A DNA stretch of 64,000 bases from Candidatus Saccharimonadales bacterium (GCA_041910055.1 JAYRRP010000004.1:154983-218982); one strand, 5' to 3'. Counted from the stretch's first letter, positions 23,588 through 33,290 are shown. The notes: generated by a model from the sequence alone, not told the origin. Made by a program: numbers and translations.

Positions 23588-24427
23588 TCATCCACTACCT
23601 GACGTTGCAGCCGCGGGCGCAGCCTGGACGGCAATACTATTGGAATGATCTGATACCGATTCCGATTCTTCATCATGGTGGCTAACCGCAAGGGTCAGAT
23701 ACACAATGACCAACATAGTGAAGACAAACGCCTGAATGAAGCCAACAAACAACTCCATCACGATAAAGGGCAGTGTTGCTGCCGGCGAGCCAAAACTCGT
23801 TATGGCGGATAATACCACTAGAAGCACCTCTCCGGCAAAAATATTACCAAATAACCTTAACGCAAGGCTCGCCATACGCGTGAATTCGCCCAGTATTTCT
23901 AGTAACCCCACAAATAAATTAATGGGGTTCCACGGCTTATTACTGAAGTAATGCTTGGCATGTCCCTTGGCTCCGAGTTCTCTCAACGCGTAGATTTGAA
24001 TAATCACAATTGCGCTGACAGAAAGAGCCAGCGTTCCGGTAAGGTCAGCTGTCCAGGCACGAAAAAGTGGTTCACCGTGATATTTAATAGTTCCTACCCC
24101 TGGCAGTAACCCAAACCAATTATTGAATAAAATAAAAGCAAACAAGGTGATGAAAAATGGGCCGTACTTTGCAACCTGTTTTCGGTTATGTAGTGTATTA
24201 CCGGCCAGACTGAGCACCAGTTCACAAAGGAGTTCCATAAGTGAAACCCGTTTATTCCCAGCTTTTAAGCGAATGTGGTGGGCTGTCCAGATAAAGAGAG
24301 CGAGCAACACCAGACTTGTGAGCCAACCAAGTAGCATAGAGTTGGTAACCTTTAAGCCGCCAATCTGAAATACTGGTTCAGCGTGAAGCACGATATTGAA
24401 CTGACTGTTGGCAAATAATGTGTTCAT
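23588..24427 (-). CDS. atpB: Fo ATP synthase a subunit
   Basis: The conserved LSLRLFGN-type motif is present (LALRLFGNIFAGE). There is an acidic/Ser-rich C-terminal tail. Confidence 0.92.
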   Translation of the reverse strand: MNTLFANSQFNIVLHAEPVFQIGGLKVTNSMLLGWLTSLVLLALFIWTAHHIRLKAGNKRVSLMELLCELVLSLAGNTLHNRKQVAKYGPFFITLFAFILFNNWFGLLPGVGTIKYHGEPLFRAWTADLTGTLALSVSAIVIIQIYALRELGAKGHAKHYFSNKPWNPINLFVGLLEILGEFTRMASLALRLFGNIFAGEVLLVVLSAITSFGSPAATLPFIVMELFVGFIQAFVFTMLVIVYLTLAVSHHDEESESVSDHSNSIAVQAAPAAATSGSG

Positions 24428-24741
24428 ACTTCCTTGCCTCGCTTACTGTCATCATCAGATTTTGTGACTGAACGGAAAAATCCTGGATAGGCAGTTTTTA
24501 TTTGCACAAATACCAAGCCAGTTGAGATCGCCAGCGCCGTGAAAAAACCTATTAACGTGAACAGGGGTTTCGTGCCCGAATGCTTATCTAAGGTGATACC
24601 TGCATAAGAAAGCACCACGATAGGTAACGCAACACGCCAACTCGTATCTAGAAACTGCAGGCCAATAGCCCAACCATCAATGCCAGGCTTTGGCTTGTTA
24701 TTACTCCCAGTCGTCGTCTTCGTGGCGGCGGCTTTCTTCAT
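24424..24741 (-). CDS. AtpI/AtpZ-like small membrane protein at the head of the atp operon
   Basis: Two TM helices; it is the first gene of the operon and overlaps the atpB start. I chose the start MKKAAATK at 24741. Confidence 0.6.
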   Translation of the reverse strand: MKKAAATKTTTGSNNKPKPGIDGWAIGLQFLDTSWRVALPIVVLSYAGITLDKHSGTKPLFTLIGFFTALAISTGLVFVQIKTAYPGFFRSVTKSDDDSKRGKEV

Positions 24742-24852
24742 CCGGCTTTGATTGTAGCAGGTAACAGAGGTCATCTCAAGTTATTTTCTACTATTTATTT
24801 GATGCCTTGTTGCTCACACCAAATAGGTTTGTCATACTACTCTCCAATCACC

Positions 24853-25089
24853 ATGATTAAAGTTTTTAGCTCACCAACTTGCGGCTACTGCCATATGGTC
24901 AAGCACTATCTGGATCAAAAGAAACAACCCTACCAAGAAATAGATATTACTCGTGATCCGGCAGCTGCCCTTTGGATTACGTCACAGGTAGGCCAAGCTG
25001 TCACCCCAGTGATCGACATTGACGGTACTGTAATTGTGGGCTTTGATCGGACAAAGCTTGATCTAGTTCTCCGCGAACGCCAACGATAG
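24853..25089 (+). CDS. glutaredoxin-like protein (NrdH/YruB-type, CxxC)
   Basis: The sequence reads MIKVFSSPTCGYCHMVKHYLDQKKQPYQEIDI...VTPVIDIDGTVIVGFD. The upstream part of ORF 24748 is not glutaredoxin-like. Confidence 0.85.
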   Translation: MIKVFSSPTCGYCHMVKHYLDQKKQPYQEIDITRDPAAALWITSQVGQAVTPVIDIDGTVIVGFDRTKLDLVLRERQR

Positions 25090-25159
25090 CTAGGAAGTAA
25101 AGTTTGCGTTATACCTCATAATTCTTTTATAATTATAGTTGCAAGAGGGAGGAGGAGAG

Positions 25160-25639
25160 ATGGAGAATACGCCTATTGTTCCCCCGCAAGGTTATGAACC
25201 ACATATGACCTACACCTATGCAGCGCCTGCTGAAATTGAGACTATTCAGTCTATAGAGACTCACATCAACGAGGCACCTGGTGTATGGAAGTTAGCGATT
25301 AAGGCATACGAACTCTACGGAAACGAAGCAATTGAGAAACAACCTCGTTTGGCAAAAATCGTTGGGTTCTCTGGCGTCATAGAGACAATCGATGACATAT
25401 TCCGGTCTAACCTCGACCACGAGTTTGCCTTCGATGAAGATACAATGAAGGCAATCGACAGCGACCTTCGACTAAAACAGAACAAAAAATCTCTCAATGA
25501 GGCAGGCCGACGTGGTGATGATGAATTGCTAAAGCAGATCCGGTTGCAAAATAGAATCTTATCTATGGATATCTACATTCGACGTGTCAAACAAGCGAAA
25601 AGTCTGGCACAAACTGCTGTCAGCGCCACGTTCGAATAA
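25160..25639 (+). CDS. hypothetical protein (159 aa)
   Basis: A strong SD (GAGGGAGGAGGAG) sits immediately upstream of ATG 25160. No domain recognised. Confidence 0.55.
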   Translation: MENTPIVPPQGYEPHMTYTYAAPAEIETIQSIETHINEAPGVWKLAIKAYELYGNEAIEKQPRLAKIVGFSGVIETIDDIFRSNLDHEFAFDEDTMKAIDSDLRLKQNKKSLNEAGRRGDDELLKQIRLQNRILSMDIYIRRVKQAKSLAQTAVSATFE

Positions 25640-25672
25640 TCCAAACTGTAAGGTGCTACACTATGCCCAGTA

Positions 25673-26242
25673 ATGGCATTTGAAGACTATAAGACAAAAC
25701 CATCCATCGTGTTGGTCTTTACTGGAGAAGGCAAGGGAAAGACAAGTGCCAGTCTAGGCCTTCTCACCCGTGCACTGGGTAACCGCCACCGCGTTGCCTT
25801 TATTCAATTCATTAAATACTGGGGAACGGGCGAACATGTATTCCTGCGTGATATTTCTGCTTTATTTAGTGACCAACTGTACGTATTCCGGGGAGGGAAA
25901 GGTTTTTACAAAGCGGGCAAGCTTAGTGAGCCACATATCACAGAAGCTCAACATCGCCAAGCTGCCCGGACAACTTTTCAAGAAGCTCTTCGGGCTGCCA
26001 GCAGCGGAAAATTTGATTTGGTCATTTGTGACGAAATTAATAATGCTGTCCATGAAGACCTATTAACAACCGCTGACTTGAAGCTGTTGATCGATAAACG
26101 CTCAAAGAATACCAGTCTCTGCCTGACCGGCAGGAATTTTCCAGCCAGCCTGCAAAAAAAGGCTGACATCATCACTACCATGACAAAGACCAAACATCAT
26201 TTTGATGAAAAATACCTGGCAAATCGTGGTATTGATTTCTAG
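25673..26242 (+). CDS. cob(I)yrinic acid a,c-diamide / corrinoid adenosyltransferase (CobA/CobO/BtuR family)
   Basis: The P-loop-like VLVFTGEGKGKTSASLGL, plus FIQFIK and DLVICDEIN, are typical of the BtuR family. Confidence 0.75.
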   Translation: MAFEDYKTKPSIVLVFTGEGKGKTSASLGLLTRALGNRHRVAFIQFIKYWGTGEHVFLRDISALFSDQLYVFRGGKGFYKAGKLSEPHITEAQHRQAARTTFQEALRAASSGKFDLVICDEINNAVHEDLLTTADLKLLIDKRSKNTSLCLTGRNFPASLQKKADIITTMTKTKHHFDEKYLANRGIDF

Positions 26243-26258
26243 ACTAACAAACCGTTAA

Positions 26259-26296
26259 TTGGCACTCTTGACATGTGAGTGCCAATTTTTTAGAGT
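26259..26296 (+). promoter_or_regulatory. CIRCE-like inverted repeat (TTGGCACTC-N9-GAGTGCCAA) overlapping a TTGACA-N17-TAGAGT promoter upstream of hsp20
   Basis: Perfect 9-bp arms lie at 26259-26267 and 26277-26285. The -35 TTGACA (26268-26273) sits in the spacer and TAGAGT is at 26291-26296. Each arm differs from the CIRCE consensus TTAGCACTC/GAGTGCTAA at one position. A T-run follows the repeat, so it could also terminate the upstream gene. Confidence 0.6.
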
Positions 26297-26358
26297 AGAG
26301 TATGTGGGCAATATCTCACGCAGAATTAATAACTTAAAGTAAACTTAGGAGGGTCATT

Positions 26359-26799
26359 ATGGCACTTATAAGATTCGATCCATTCGAAGAAATTCAAGCC
26401 TTACAACGGGAGTTTTTTGGCAATGATTTAATACCGGCTTCACGGACTCAAGTCCAGCTGCCAGCCACAGACATTTACACAAAAGATAACCAGCTTATTC
26501 TTGAAGCTCATTTGCCGCACTATGATCAAAAAGACGTCGAGGTAAATATCGACCACGGTGTACTAGAGATTCGTGCCGAGAAACACGAGAAAGAAGAGGA
26601 TAAGAACAAAAAGTACGTGCTACGGGAAAGTTCATCCAGTTTCTATCGCCGCGTACGCTTGCCCGAACAGACTGATACGGGCAAGGTGGAAGCCCATATG
26701 GACAATGGCATATTAAAAGTCACGGTACCGCTCAAACAGCTTGCAAGCCCCAAGAAAATTTCAATCCACAGCGTTAAATCAAAATCTGCTAAAAAGTAA
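26359..26799 (+). CDS. Hsp20/alpha-crystallin small heat-shock protein
   Basis: An alpha-crystallin domain is present (PATDIY...LILEAHLP...FYRRVRLPE...GILKVTVP). SD is AGGAGGG. Confidence 0.92.
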   Translation: MALIRFDPFEEIQALQREFFGNDLIPASRTQVQLPATDIYTKDNQLILEAHLPHYDQKDVEVNIDHGVLEIRAEKHEKEEDKNKKYVLRESSSSFYRRVRLPEQTDTGKVEAHMDNGILKVTVPLKQLASPKKISIHSVKSKSAKK

Positions 26800-26852
26800 G
26801 TAAAGTAACTAAAGCACTAGCTTATTGTGTAATATTATGTTAAAATATTACT

Positions 26853-27473
26853 ATGAGTAATCTAGACGGCTACCCGGAATACCTGCGGCCAGTTCCTGAG
26901 TTACCAGAGAATGCTGGGATTCCACCATCGCCTGAGCACACAAGGCCGACTTATTCGCCGCGACATCCTGCCGCTCAAGCTCAAGCTGTCAACGCGGCCG
27001 CCGAGAGACTTATTGGCATGCATTTTGGTTCTCATATACAAGAAGACGCTACTCAGTCCGGGATAGAACAGTATTATAGTGACCGTCAGAGTTTCGGCGA
27101 TACCGCGGAAAACTTTAGAGTTGCTTCAGTCCTCTTCGGTGCATTTCAGGAGATGGTAAAAGAGCGTCTTCACAACGTGGGATATATAGAGCCCGCACAA
27201 GCAAACACAATGGATGACATTCATGAAAAGATAGAGCTGAGAGATATTTTCGATAAGCTTGATCCTCGTGAGCGTACTGTGCTAACAGAAACCGTTCTCA
27301 ATGGACAGTCAGACGGGGAAGCTGCGAAAAGTTTGCACATGGCCGAAGAAACCGTGACTAAACTCCGGAAGAGTGCCACGAAGAGAATAAGAGCTGAGTT
27401 ACTGGATAGTGACGGGGACGACACAAATGTAATTCGCCTACCGTTCGAATCCAACCATAACCAACAAGATTAA
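26853..27473 (+). CDS. hypothetical protein with C-terminal sigma-70 region-4-like HTH
   Basis: LDPRERTVLTETVLNGQSDGEAAKSLHMAEETVTKLRKSATKRIR resembles sigma70_r4/LuxR-type HTH. The N-terminal ~130 aa is unassigned. Confidence 0.5.
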   Translation: MSNLDGYPEYLRPVPELPENAGIPPSPEHTRPTYSPRHPAAQAQAVNAAAERLIGMHFGSHIQEDATQSGIEQYYSDRQSFGDTAENFRVASVLFGAFQEMVKERLHNVGYIEPAQANTMDDIHEKIELRDIFDKLDPRERTVLTETVLNGQSDGEAAKSLHMAEETVTKLRKSATKRIRAELLDSDGDDTNVIRLPFESNHNQQD

Positions 27474-27485
27474 GGGCGATCTGGG

Positions 27486-28112
27486 ATGAGACGACGCATC
27501 ATTGGCACAATCACTTTTTTGCTATTGGTAGGATTTATTCTGGCAGTCGCCTTTGCCATACCGAAACAATCGAAAAAATTATGGCAAACGGTACGCCCTC
27601 AGTCTCAATCAAGTGACGCTACTGCCCACGACACCACAGCTGACCAATCAGAAAACCCCATTCCACCCGGTTACTACCGAGTCAAAACTTTTTATGATGG
27701 GGACACTATCTCAGTAGATATGGATGGTACTGAGGAGAAAGTACGGTTTATTGGTGTCGATACTCCCGAAACACATGATCCACGCAAAAGCGTCCAATGT
27801 TACGGACAAGTCGCAGCTGACTTTACTAAAAAATTAATTGGCGATAATCCGGTCCGGCTTGAAGCTGACCCTGAGAATACTAACCGAGACCGTTACAACC
27901 GTTTACTGCGTTATGTCTATCTGTCCGATGGTCGCCTGGTGAACACTGAAATCATCAAACAGGGCTATGGTTTCGCCTACGTCTATTTTCCATTCAGTCA
28001 AATTGACACCTTCAAAGAGTACGAACGTCAAGCTCGGCAACAAAACTTAGGCCTCTGGGGAAAGTGTCAGATTACCACTAATTCATCTGGCCAAAGCTCA
28101 GCTGCAAACTAG
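27486..28112 (+). CDS. secreted/membrane-anchored thermonuclease (staphylococcal nuclease fold)
   Basis: It has an N-terminal TM/signal segment and SNase motifs (GDTISV...VRFIGVDTPET...QCYG...DRYNRLLRYVYL). Confidence 0.85.
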   Translation: MRRRIIGTITFLLLVGFILAVAFAIPKQSKKLWQTVRPQSQSSDATAHDTTADQSENPIPPGYYRVKTFYDGDTISVDMDGTEEKVRFIGVDTPETHDPRKSVQCYGQVAADFTKKLIGDNPVRLEADPENTNRDRYNRLLRYVYLSDGRLVNTEIIKQGYGFAYVYFPFSQIDTFKEYERQARQQNLGLWGKCQITTNSSGQSSAAN

Positions 28113-28115
28113 CGA

Positions 28116-28958
28116 TTAATGCATTGGGTTTTTGCGAGCTTCATTACGACCACGCAATAGGTGTTTAACGGAGCGGGTACGGGTGCGATCATCATAAGAT
28201 TGTCTGAGTGGCCATAGCACTACGTAACCAATAGAGTAAATGGTCGTCGCCATAGCACTGCCTAGAGGCCTCATACCGTGTAATTTATATGAAGCCTTAT
28301 AAGCCTTCATGTAATTGATGAAATTGCGGGGTGAATCATCATAACGGCGAGAAGACATACCAGCCCTCATATCTTTGTCATAGACGATGTGTAAATTATG
28401 CCTATGCAGGTGGATCGCAATGTCTAAGTCCTCAAAGATATGCTTATCCAGGCAAAGTTCTTTCCTCACTTGCTGCCAGGCGCTGCGACGAAGCGCCATG
28501 TTAGTACCAAAAAGCCAGGGAAAATCTTCTGGTAATTTTGATATAGTGCTACGCAAAAAATGATCCAGACGATAGTTATTAGGGGAGAAGGGCATATCAT
28601 ACCAGTAGGTTGGTCCGGTGACAGCTGCCACTGCCTTATTAGTAAAGTTTTGCCGCACCCGACAGCTCCACTCTGGTGGCAGAATGCTGTCGGCATCAAT
28701 GCGGCCAATAATATCTCCCCTCGCGGCTTCAAAACCCGTATTCCTGGCGTGTACGACTCCTTGTTTTGCCTCTTTTAAAATACGAACGAATGGATAGCGG
28801 CGCGCAATGGCGAGACTTTTATCAGTAGAGTTATTGTCTATCACCAGCACCTCATCAGGCTTGTCCGACTGTGCTGCCACCGCATCCAAACAGGCTGCAA
28901 GGTGGTGTTCCTCGTTATAAACTGGTATAACTAAACTTAAGCGTAAACGGGTTTTCAT
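28116..28958 (-). CDS. family 2 glycosyltransferase
   Basis: The sequence LSLVIPVYNEE...VIDNNSTD...RIDAD is a typical GT2 (GT-A, DxD) signature. Confidence 0.85.
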   Translation of the reverse strand: MKTRLRLSLVIPVYNEEHHLAACLDAVAAQSDKPDEVLVIDNNSTDKSLAIARRYPFVRILKEAKQGVVHARNTGFEAARGDIIGRIDADSILPPEWSCRVRQNFTNKAVAAVTGPTYWYDMPFSPNNYRLDHFLRSTISKLPEDFPWLFGTNMALRRSAWQQVRKELCLDKHIFEDLDIAIHLHRHNLHIVYDKDMRAGMSSRRYDDSPRNFINYMKAYKASYKLHGMRPLGSAMATTIYSIGYVVLWPLRQSYDDRTRTRSVKHLLRGRNEARKNPMH

Positions 28959-28980
28959 AAAAAGTCTTTATTTATTATAA

Positions 28981-30162
28981 ATGAGAAAAACGAAGAAAAG
29001 GTCTTTGCCTCGTCCATCGAGCTTGGCACTCCGCGAGTACGGCTTAAAGGAGAGGCGCTTACGAGCACGTCTGCTCCACCACTTACGATTTGAACGACCT
29101 CGTTATTGGTGGAAGGAACGGCGTCTGTTGCAAAAAATTCTCTTGCTCATCACCGCTGCAGTGGTACTTTGGACAAGTGGCATGTATGCTATTGCCCGTT
29201 GGTATATTGCCCGTCACGACGAGCAGCCATTAAACTGGGGCGCTACCTTTATTGCTGATTATGCCCGCTCCTTTGACCTAAATCCCCAAGCCACTATGCA
29301 AGCGCTGATTGATGATATGGGGTTACGTCGTTTCCGCTTGGTGAGCTACTGGGACCATATTGAATCAGAACCAGGCGTCTACAATTTTAGTGAACTAGAC
29401 TGGCAGTTCGCAAAGGCAGAAGCCAGCAATTCGAAAGTAAGCTTAGCTGTTGGATTACGCCAACCCCGCTGGCCAGAATGCCATATGCCTGCCTGGGCAT
29501 TATTCGAACCAAAGGATCAGTGGTATCCCCAGCTCACCCGCTTCATGACAGCAGTGGTAGACAGATACAAACACAGTCCCGCCTTGGATAGTTACCAGCT
29601 TGAAAATGAATACTTTTTGCGTGTATTCGGTGAATGTCCTGATTTCAGCCGTCAACGCCTTGTTGAAGAGTTTAATCTCGTTAAAAAACTTGATCCAGCC
29701 CATCCAGTAATGGTAAGCCGGAGCAATAATGCCGTTGGTCTACCTGTTGGCCAACCCCGACCTGATTTTTTTGGTGTGTCTGTTTATAAACGGGTCTGGG
29801 ATAAAACTATTACAAAACGATATATCGAGTATCCATTTCCTGCCTGGTTTTACGGATTTTTGGCCGGCGCTGGTGAACTACTTACCGGCAAAGATATGAT
29901 TATCCATGAAATGCAAGCAGAGCCTTGGCCACCCACCAGCATTAACCAGGCCAGTCTGGCTGAGCAAGATAAATCACTCAACGCCTCGCGGTTAGAAGAC
30001 CGTTTGGAATATGCCCGCGCAACTGGCATGCGAACCATTGATCTATGGGGCGCGGAATGGTGGTACTGGCGTAAAGTCCGTTTCAATGATCCCACCATAT
30101 GGGACACCGTGAAAAGGGAAATCCAAGCCGATCAATTCCCAAACCGTTATAGTGCTGAGTAA
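28981..30162 (+). CDS. membrane-anchored glycoside hydrolase-like protein (clan GH-A TIM barrel, GH5/GH42-like)
   Basis: It has an N-terminal TM helix. YWDHIESEPGVYNFSELD and QLENEY resemble the GH-A acid/base region. Family assignment is by eye only. Confidence 0.5.
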   Translation: MRKTKKRSLPRPSSLALREYGLKERRLRARLLHHLRFERPRYWWKERRLLQKILLLITAAVVLWTSGMYAIARWYIARHDEQPLNWGATFIADYARSFDLNPQATMQALIDDMGLRRFRLVSYWDHIESEPGVYNFSELDWQFAKAEASNSKVSLAVGLRQPRWPECHMPAWALFEPKDQWYPQLTRFMTAVVDRYKHSPALDSYQLENEYFLRVFGECPDFSRQRLVEEFNLVKKLDPAHPVMVSRSNNAVGLPVGQPRPDFFGVSVYKRVWDKTITKRYIEYPFPAWFYGFLAGAGELLTGKDMIIHEMQAEPWPPTSINQASLAEQDKSLNASRLEDRLEYARATGMRTIDLWGAEWWYWRKVRFNDPTIWDTVKREIQADQFPNRYSAE

Positions 30163-30205
30163 TTATTCGTTGCCCATATAACGTCAATAAGATTAAATAG
30201 TAACC

Positions 30206-30664
30206 ATGAAAAAATCCCACTCGGCAGGCTCCATTTCGAACCGTCAAGTTAAACGTGACTACGTGCTGCTGGATACATGGATCACCGGTTTACAATTAAG
30301 CGGCGCAGAGACGAAGTCACTGCGTCAGGGACATGGCAGCCTCAGAGGAGCTTACGTCATCATTAAAGACGAGGAGCTCTGGCTGGTGAATGCCACAATC
30401 AGCGGTTCTGCTGGAGTACCGATAAGTGAATCTGACCAAGCCAGAAGACGTAAATTGCTCGCAAAAAGGAGTGAGATACAAAAGATGATTACTGGTAAAC
30501 AACAAGGACTTACTCTCGTTCCTTTGGAATTACTCACTAAATCACGATATATTAAATTAAAGATCGCACTGGCAAAAGGAAAACGCCAATATGATAAGCG
30601 GCAAACTATTCGCCAAAGGGACGAACAACGCCGTATCGCGACAGCGGTAAAACGAAAAGGATAA
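30206..30664 (+). CDS. smpB: SsrA-binding protein
   Basis: Supported by KRDYVLLDTWITGLQLSGAETKSLR, LTLVPLEL, ALAKGKRQYDKR and a basic tail. Confidence 0.92.
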   Translation: MKKSHSAGSISNRQVKRDYVLLDTWITGLQLSGAETKSLRQGHGSLRGAYVIIKDEELWLVNATISGSAGVPISESDQARRRKLLAKRSEIQKMITGKQQGLTLVPLELLTKSRYIKLKIALAKGKRQYDKRQTIRQRDEQRRIATAVKRKG

Positions 30665-30668
30665 GACA

Positions 30669-31178
30669 ATGGGTACGAGCGATGAACTTTGCATCTTAGT
30701 TGACTCCCACGACAACATACTTGGATATAAACCACGCGAACATCTCACACACGGCGATCGTCATCGATCTACTGCTATATGGCTTGAAAACAGCCGGGGA
30801 GAGGTCTTATTGGCCCAACGGCACGCTCACAAACAACCACATCCCGGACTCTGGGGGCCAGCCGTTACTGGCACTGTGAACCACCACGAAACCTTTTTTC
30901 AGAATGCTTATCGTGAACTGCAAGAAGAGTTGGGACTTAAACCCATGCTACTTACCGAGATACTTCGCCAGTCAGTAGATCACCCTGATGGCTCCAAGCG
31001 TTTTACCGTCTGGTTTAAGGGCCATACTGATTTACCGCTTCAGGATTTTCGTTTGCAACCTGAAGAAGTAGCTGGGGTCCGCTGGGTATCTAAGCCGTGG
31101 ATTCAAGAAGATTTGCTCAATAATCCACAAAAATACATGCCGTCTGCTCGATTTTGGCCAGAACTATTTTTAGGGTAG
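30669..31178 (+). CDS. Nudix hydrolase (Idi-like architecture)
   Basis: The Nudix box region is GTVNHHETFFQNAYRELQEELGL. Upstream context is HRSTAIWLEN...LLAQRHAHKQPHPGLW. Confidence 0.7.
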   Translation: MGTSDELCILVDSHDNILGYKPREHLTHGDRHRSTAIWLENSRGEVLLAQRHAHKQPHPGLWGPAVTGTVNHHETFFQNAYRELQEELGLKPMLLTEILRQSVDHPDGSKRFTVWFKGHTDLPLQDFRLQPEEVAGVRWVSKPWIQEDLLNNPQKYMPSARFWPELFLG

Positions 31179-31238
31179 ACTCCGGCTAAGTTTACAAATC
31201 ATTATCGCCCCCGTTATACTGATAGACAAGTAACAGTA

Positions 31239-32681
31239 ATGGGTACTAATAAAAACGACGCCCCAAGGGCACAGGGCAAGAATAATGTACATAATGCACT
31301 GGCAGGAGTACAAAGTCGTTTTTTGCCCTCTTTGCAGCGCCATTCTCGTTTTGTCATTGCCGGTGCAGTAGCTATAGCGCTGGTTGCAGGTTTCACCATT
31401 TGGATGTACCTAGCTCAGTTTTCGCTGGTTCGCGTTGATCTGGCCGGAACAACTATTTCCAGCCGCCAGCAGTTGTCTGACGCCACTAACAATTACCAAT
31501 GGGCAGTACAGTGGCCAGATAAAAGCCTCAAAAAATTTAAACTAGCCGGCTCGGGCATAGAGGTGGATATAGACCACTCGGTCTCTGAGGCTTCCCAGGC
31601 TCGTTTATCTAAGAACCCACTTCGTCGTCTTATGTGGTGGAAGCATATCTCAGTACCTCTCAGTCTACGAGTGGACGAGACCAAACTTAACCAATTTATC
31701 CGCCAGAATCTCACCATCGCCACCAAACAGCCACAAAATGCGGTCATCGGGATCGCAAATGGGCAAACTACTATCACTCCTGAACAAACTGGCGAAGGCT
31801 ATACATTGCCAGCTGAGTCGCTTAAGAAAGCAGCTGTCAGCTTAGAGAGTGCTCCATTGCTGCTTACTGCCCAAAAACTCACGCCAAGTTTGACCACGGA
31901 TATACTAAAGCCCTCTCGGGAAAAGTTAGAAACGGTGTTGGCTCAAAAAATTACCTTTACTCTGGGTGATAATGTATTCCAACCTAAACGCTCTGACATT
32001 GGTGCCTGGCTGGAACTTACACCAGTGCCTCAGGAGCGCATAACAGACATCACCGTTAACAGTGGAAAAATTTCTGCTTACATGCTGGAAGTAAGCCGGA
32101 CATATTCCCAAGTACCCCGTAGTCAGGTAGTAACACCCGCCTCCATGGGTAATCAGATACTCATCCCCGGGAAGAACGGGGTTGAACTCATTAACCGTGA
32201 ACAAGCCGCTGCTTCGGTGGCCACCAAACTCCTTGATGGCAAAGGCTTAGACGTTGCCTTATCAGTCCAATCGCGCAACTTTTCCACTGTAGTTGCCCAG
32301 CCTCAGGATAAATGGATCATCGTCGACACAACTTCCAAGCGCTTGTATGCATATGAGCAGACTACACCAGTTAAAACAATGCTCGTTACCGCCGGTGCCC
32401 CTCAGACCCCTACGGTAATCGGCACATTTAAGATTTACCGGAAGGTACGAAAACAGGACATGCGCGGATCCAATGCAGATGGCAGCCGTTATTTTCAGCC
32501 AAATGTTGAGTGGGTTAATTATTTTTTTGCAGACTATGCTATTCACGGCAATTATTGGCGGCCTAGCAGTTATTTCGGTAATATTAACAGCTCGCATGGG
32601 TGTGTTGGAATAACTAACAGCGAGGCCGCCTGGTTATATACATGGGCGACTGAAGGGACCACGGTAATCGTTCATAAATAA
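31239..32681 (+). CDS. L,D-transpeptidase (YkuD domain) with N-terminal membrane anchor
   Basis: The C-terminal YkuD catalytic region includes HGN...SHGCVG. Confidence 0.85.
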   Translation: MGTNKNDAPRAQGKNNVHNALAGVQSRFLPSLQRHSRFVIAGAVAIALVAGFTIWMYLAQFSLVRVDLAGTTISSRQQLSDATNNYQWAVQWPDKSLKKFKLAGSGIEVDIDHSVSEASQARLSKNPLRRLMWWKHISVPLSLRVDETKLNQFIRQNLTIATKQPQNAVIGIANGQTTITPEQTGEGYTLPAESLKKAAVSLESAPLLLTAQKLTPSLTTDILKPSREKLETVLAQKITFTLGDNVFQPKRSDIGAWLELTPVPQERITDITVNSGKISAYMLEVSRTYSQVPRSQVVTPASMGNQILIPGKNGVELINREQAAASVATKLLDGKGLDVALSVQSRNFSTVVAQPQDKWIIVDTTSKRLYAYEQTTPVKTMLVTAGAPQTPTVIGTFKIYRKVRKQDMRGSNADGSRYFQPNVEWVNYFFADYAIHGNYWRPSSYFGNINSSHGCVGITNSEAAWLYTWATEGTTVIVHK

Positions 32682-32684
32682 AAA

Positions 32685-32709
32685 GACCCACTCCAGTGTG
32701 GGTCTTTTA
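32685..32709. terminator. bidirectional rho-independent terminator
   Basis: AAAAGACCCACtccagtGTGGGTCTTTT lies between convergent genes. Confidence 0.75.
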
Positions 32710-32741
32710 TGTATTATGTCTTTGTTTTAAAAAGGCTCGTG

Positions 32742-33290
32742 CTATTCAAGCTCTTTCTTGAGGTCAAGCGACAGGGCAATCACGAGTGGTCCCGAAATCA
32801 AGCTGTAGAGACCAAGTACCCAAACAAACGCTACTCCGCCGGCTACTGGTTGCCGGAGGATGACAATTCCTGCTAGTACCGCTGCGAGGCCAACAATTAC
32901 GCTCAATGTTTTTGAAGTGCTTGTCGTGTCTTCGACAAAGATGCTGACGATATCTACTACGCCACGCACAATCAATGTGAAACCGATAAGCAATACAAGC
33001 GTACCAAAACTCACGCCAGGATGGCGTACCAGGTAAACGCCCACACCAAGTCCAAACAGGCCAAATAACAGGGTTAACCACCATGTTCCGCGGTGGCCAA
33101 TACTAGTGATACCCCGTAAGATTTCTGCTAGACCCCACACCAAAACGAACGCACTGAACAAATAGACAAGCGTCACAAGTGTCAAGCCAGGCCAGAACAC
33201 GGCCGCAATACCAAAAAGTATTGCCAACACACCTTCCGCAAGCCATATCCACCAGTGTTCTTGTCCCACATTTACTGCTGCTCGTGCCAT
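32742..33290 (-). CDS. HdeD-family (DUF308) acid-resistance-type membrane protein
   Basis: Six TM segments with a repeated GxxxIxxG pattern and an N-terminus WWIWLAEGVLAILFGIAAVFWPG. Confidence 0.7.
   Translation of the reverse strand: MARAAVNVGQEHWWIWLAEGVLAILFGIAAVFWPGLTLVTLVYLFSAFVLVWGLAEILRGITSIGHRGTWWLTLLFGLFGLGVGVYLVRHPGVSFGTLVLLIGFTLIVRGVVDIVSIFVEDTTSTSKTLSVIVGLAAVLAGIVILRQPVAGGVAFVWVLGLYSLISGPLVIALSLDLKKELE

Noticed and set aside
24748-24852. N-terminal 35-aa extension of the glutaredoxin ORF
   Set aside because: The extension overlaps the divergent atpI-like gene and promoter region. Glutaredoxin similarity starts at MIKVFSSPTCGYC (ATG 24853).
30206-31240. tmRNA (ssrA) expected near smpB
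   Set aside because: I looked for a tRNA-Ala-like acceptor/T-arm and a tag reading frame in the flanking intergenic regions. These regions are only a few to ~60 nt long, and none was found.
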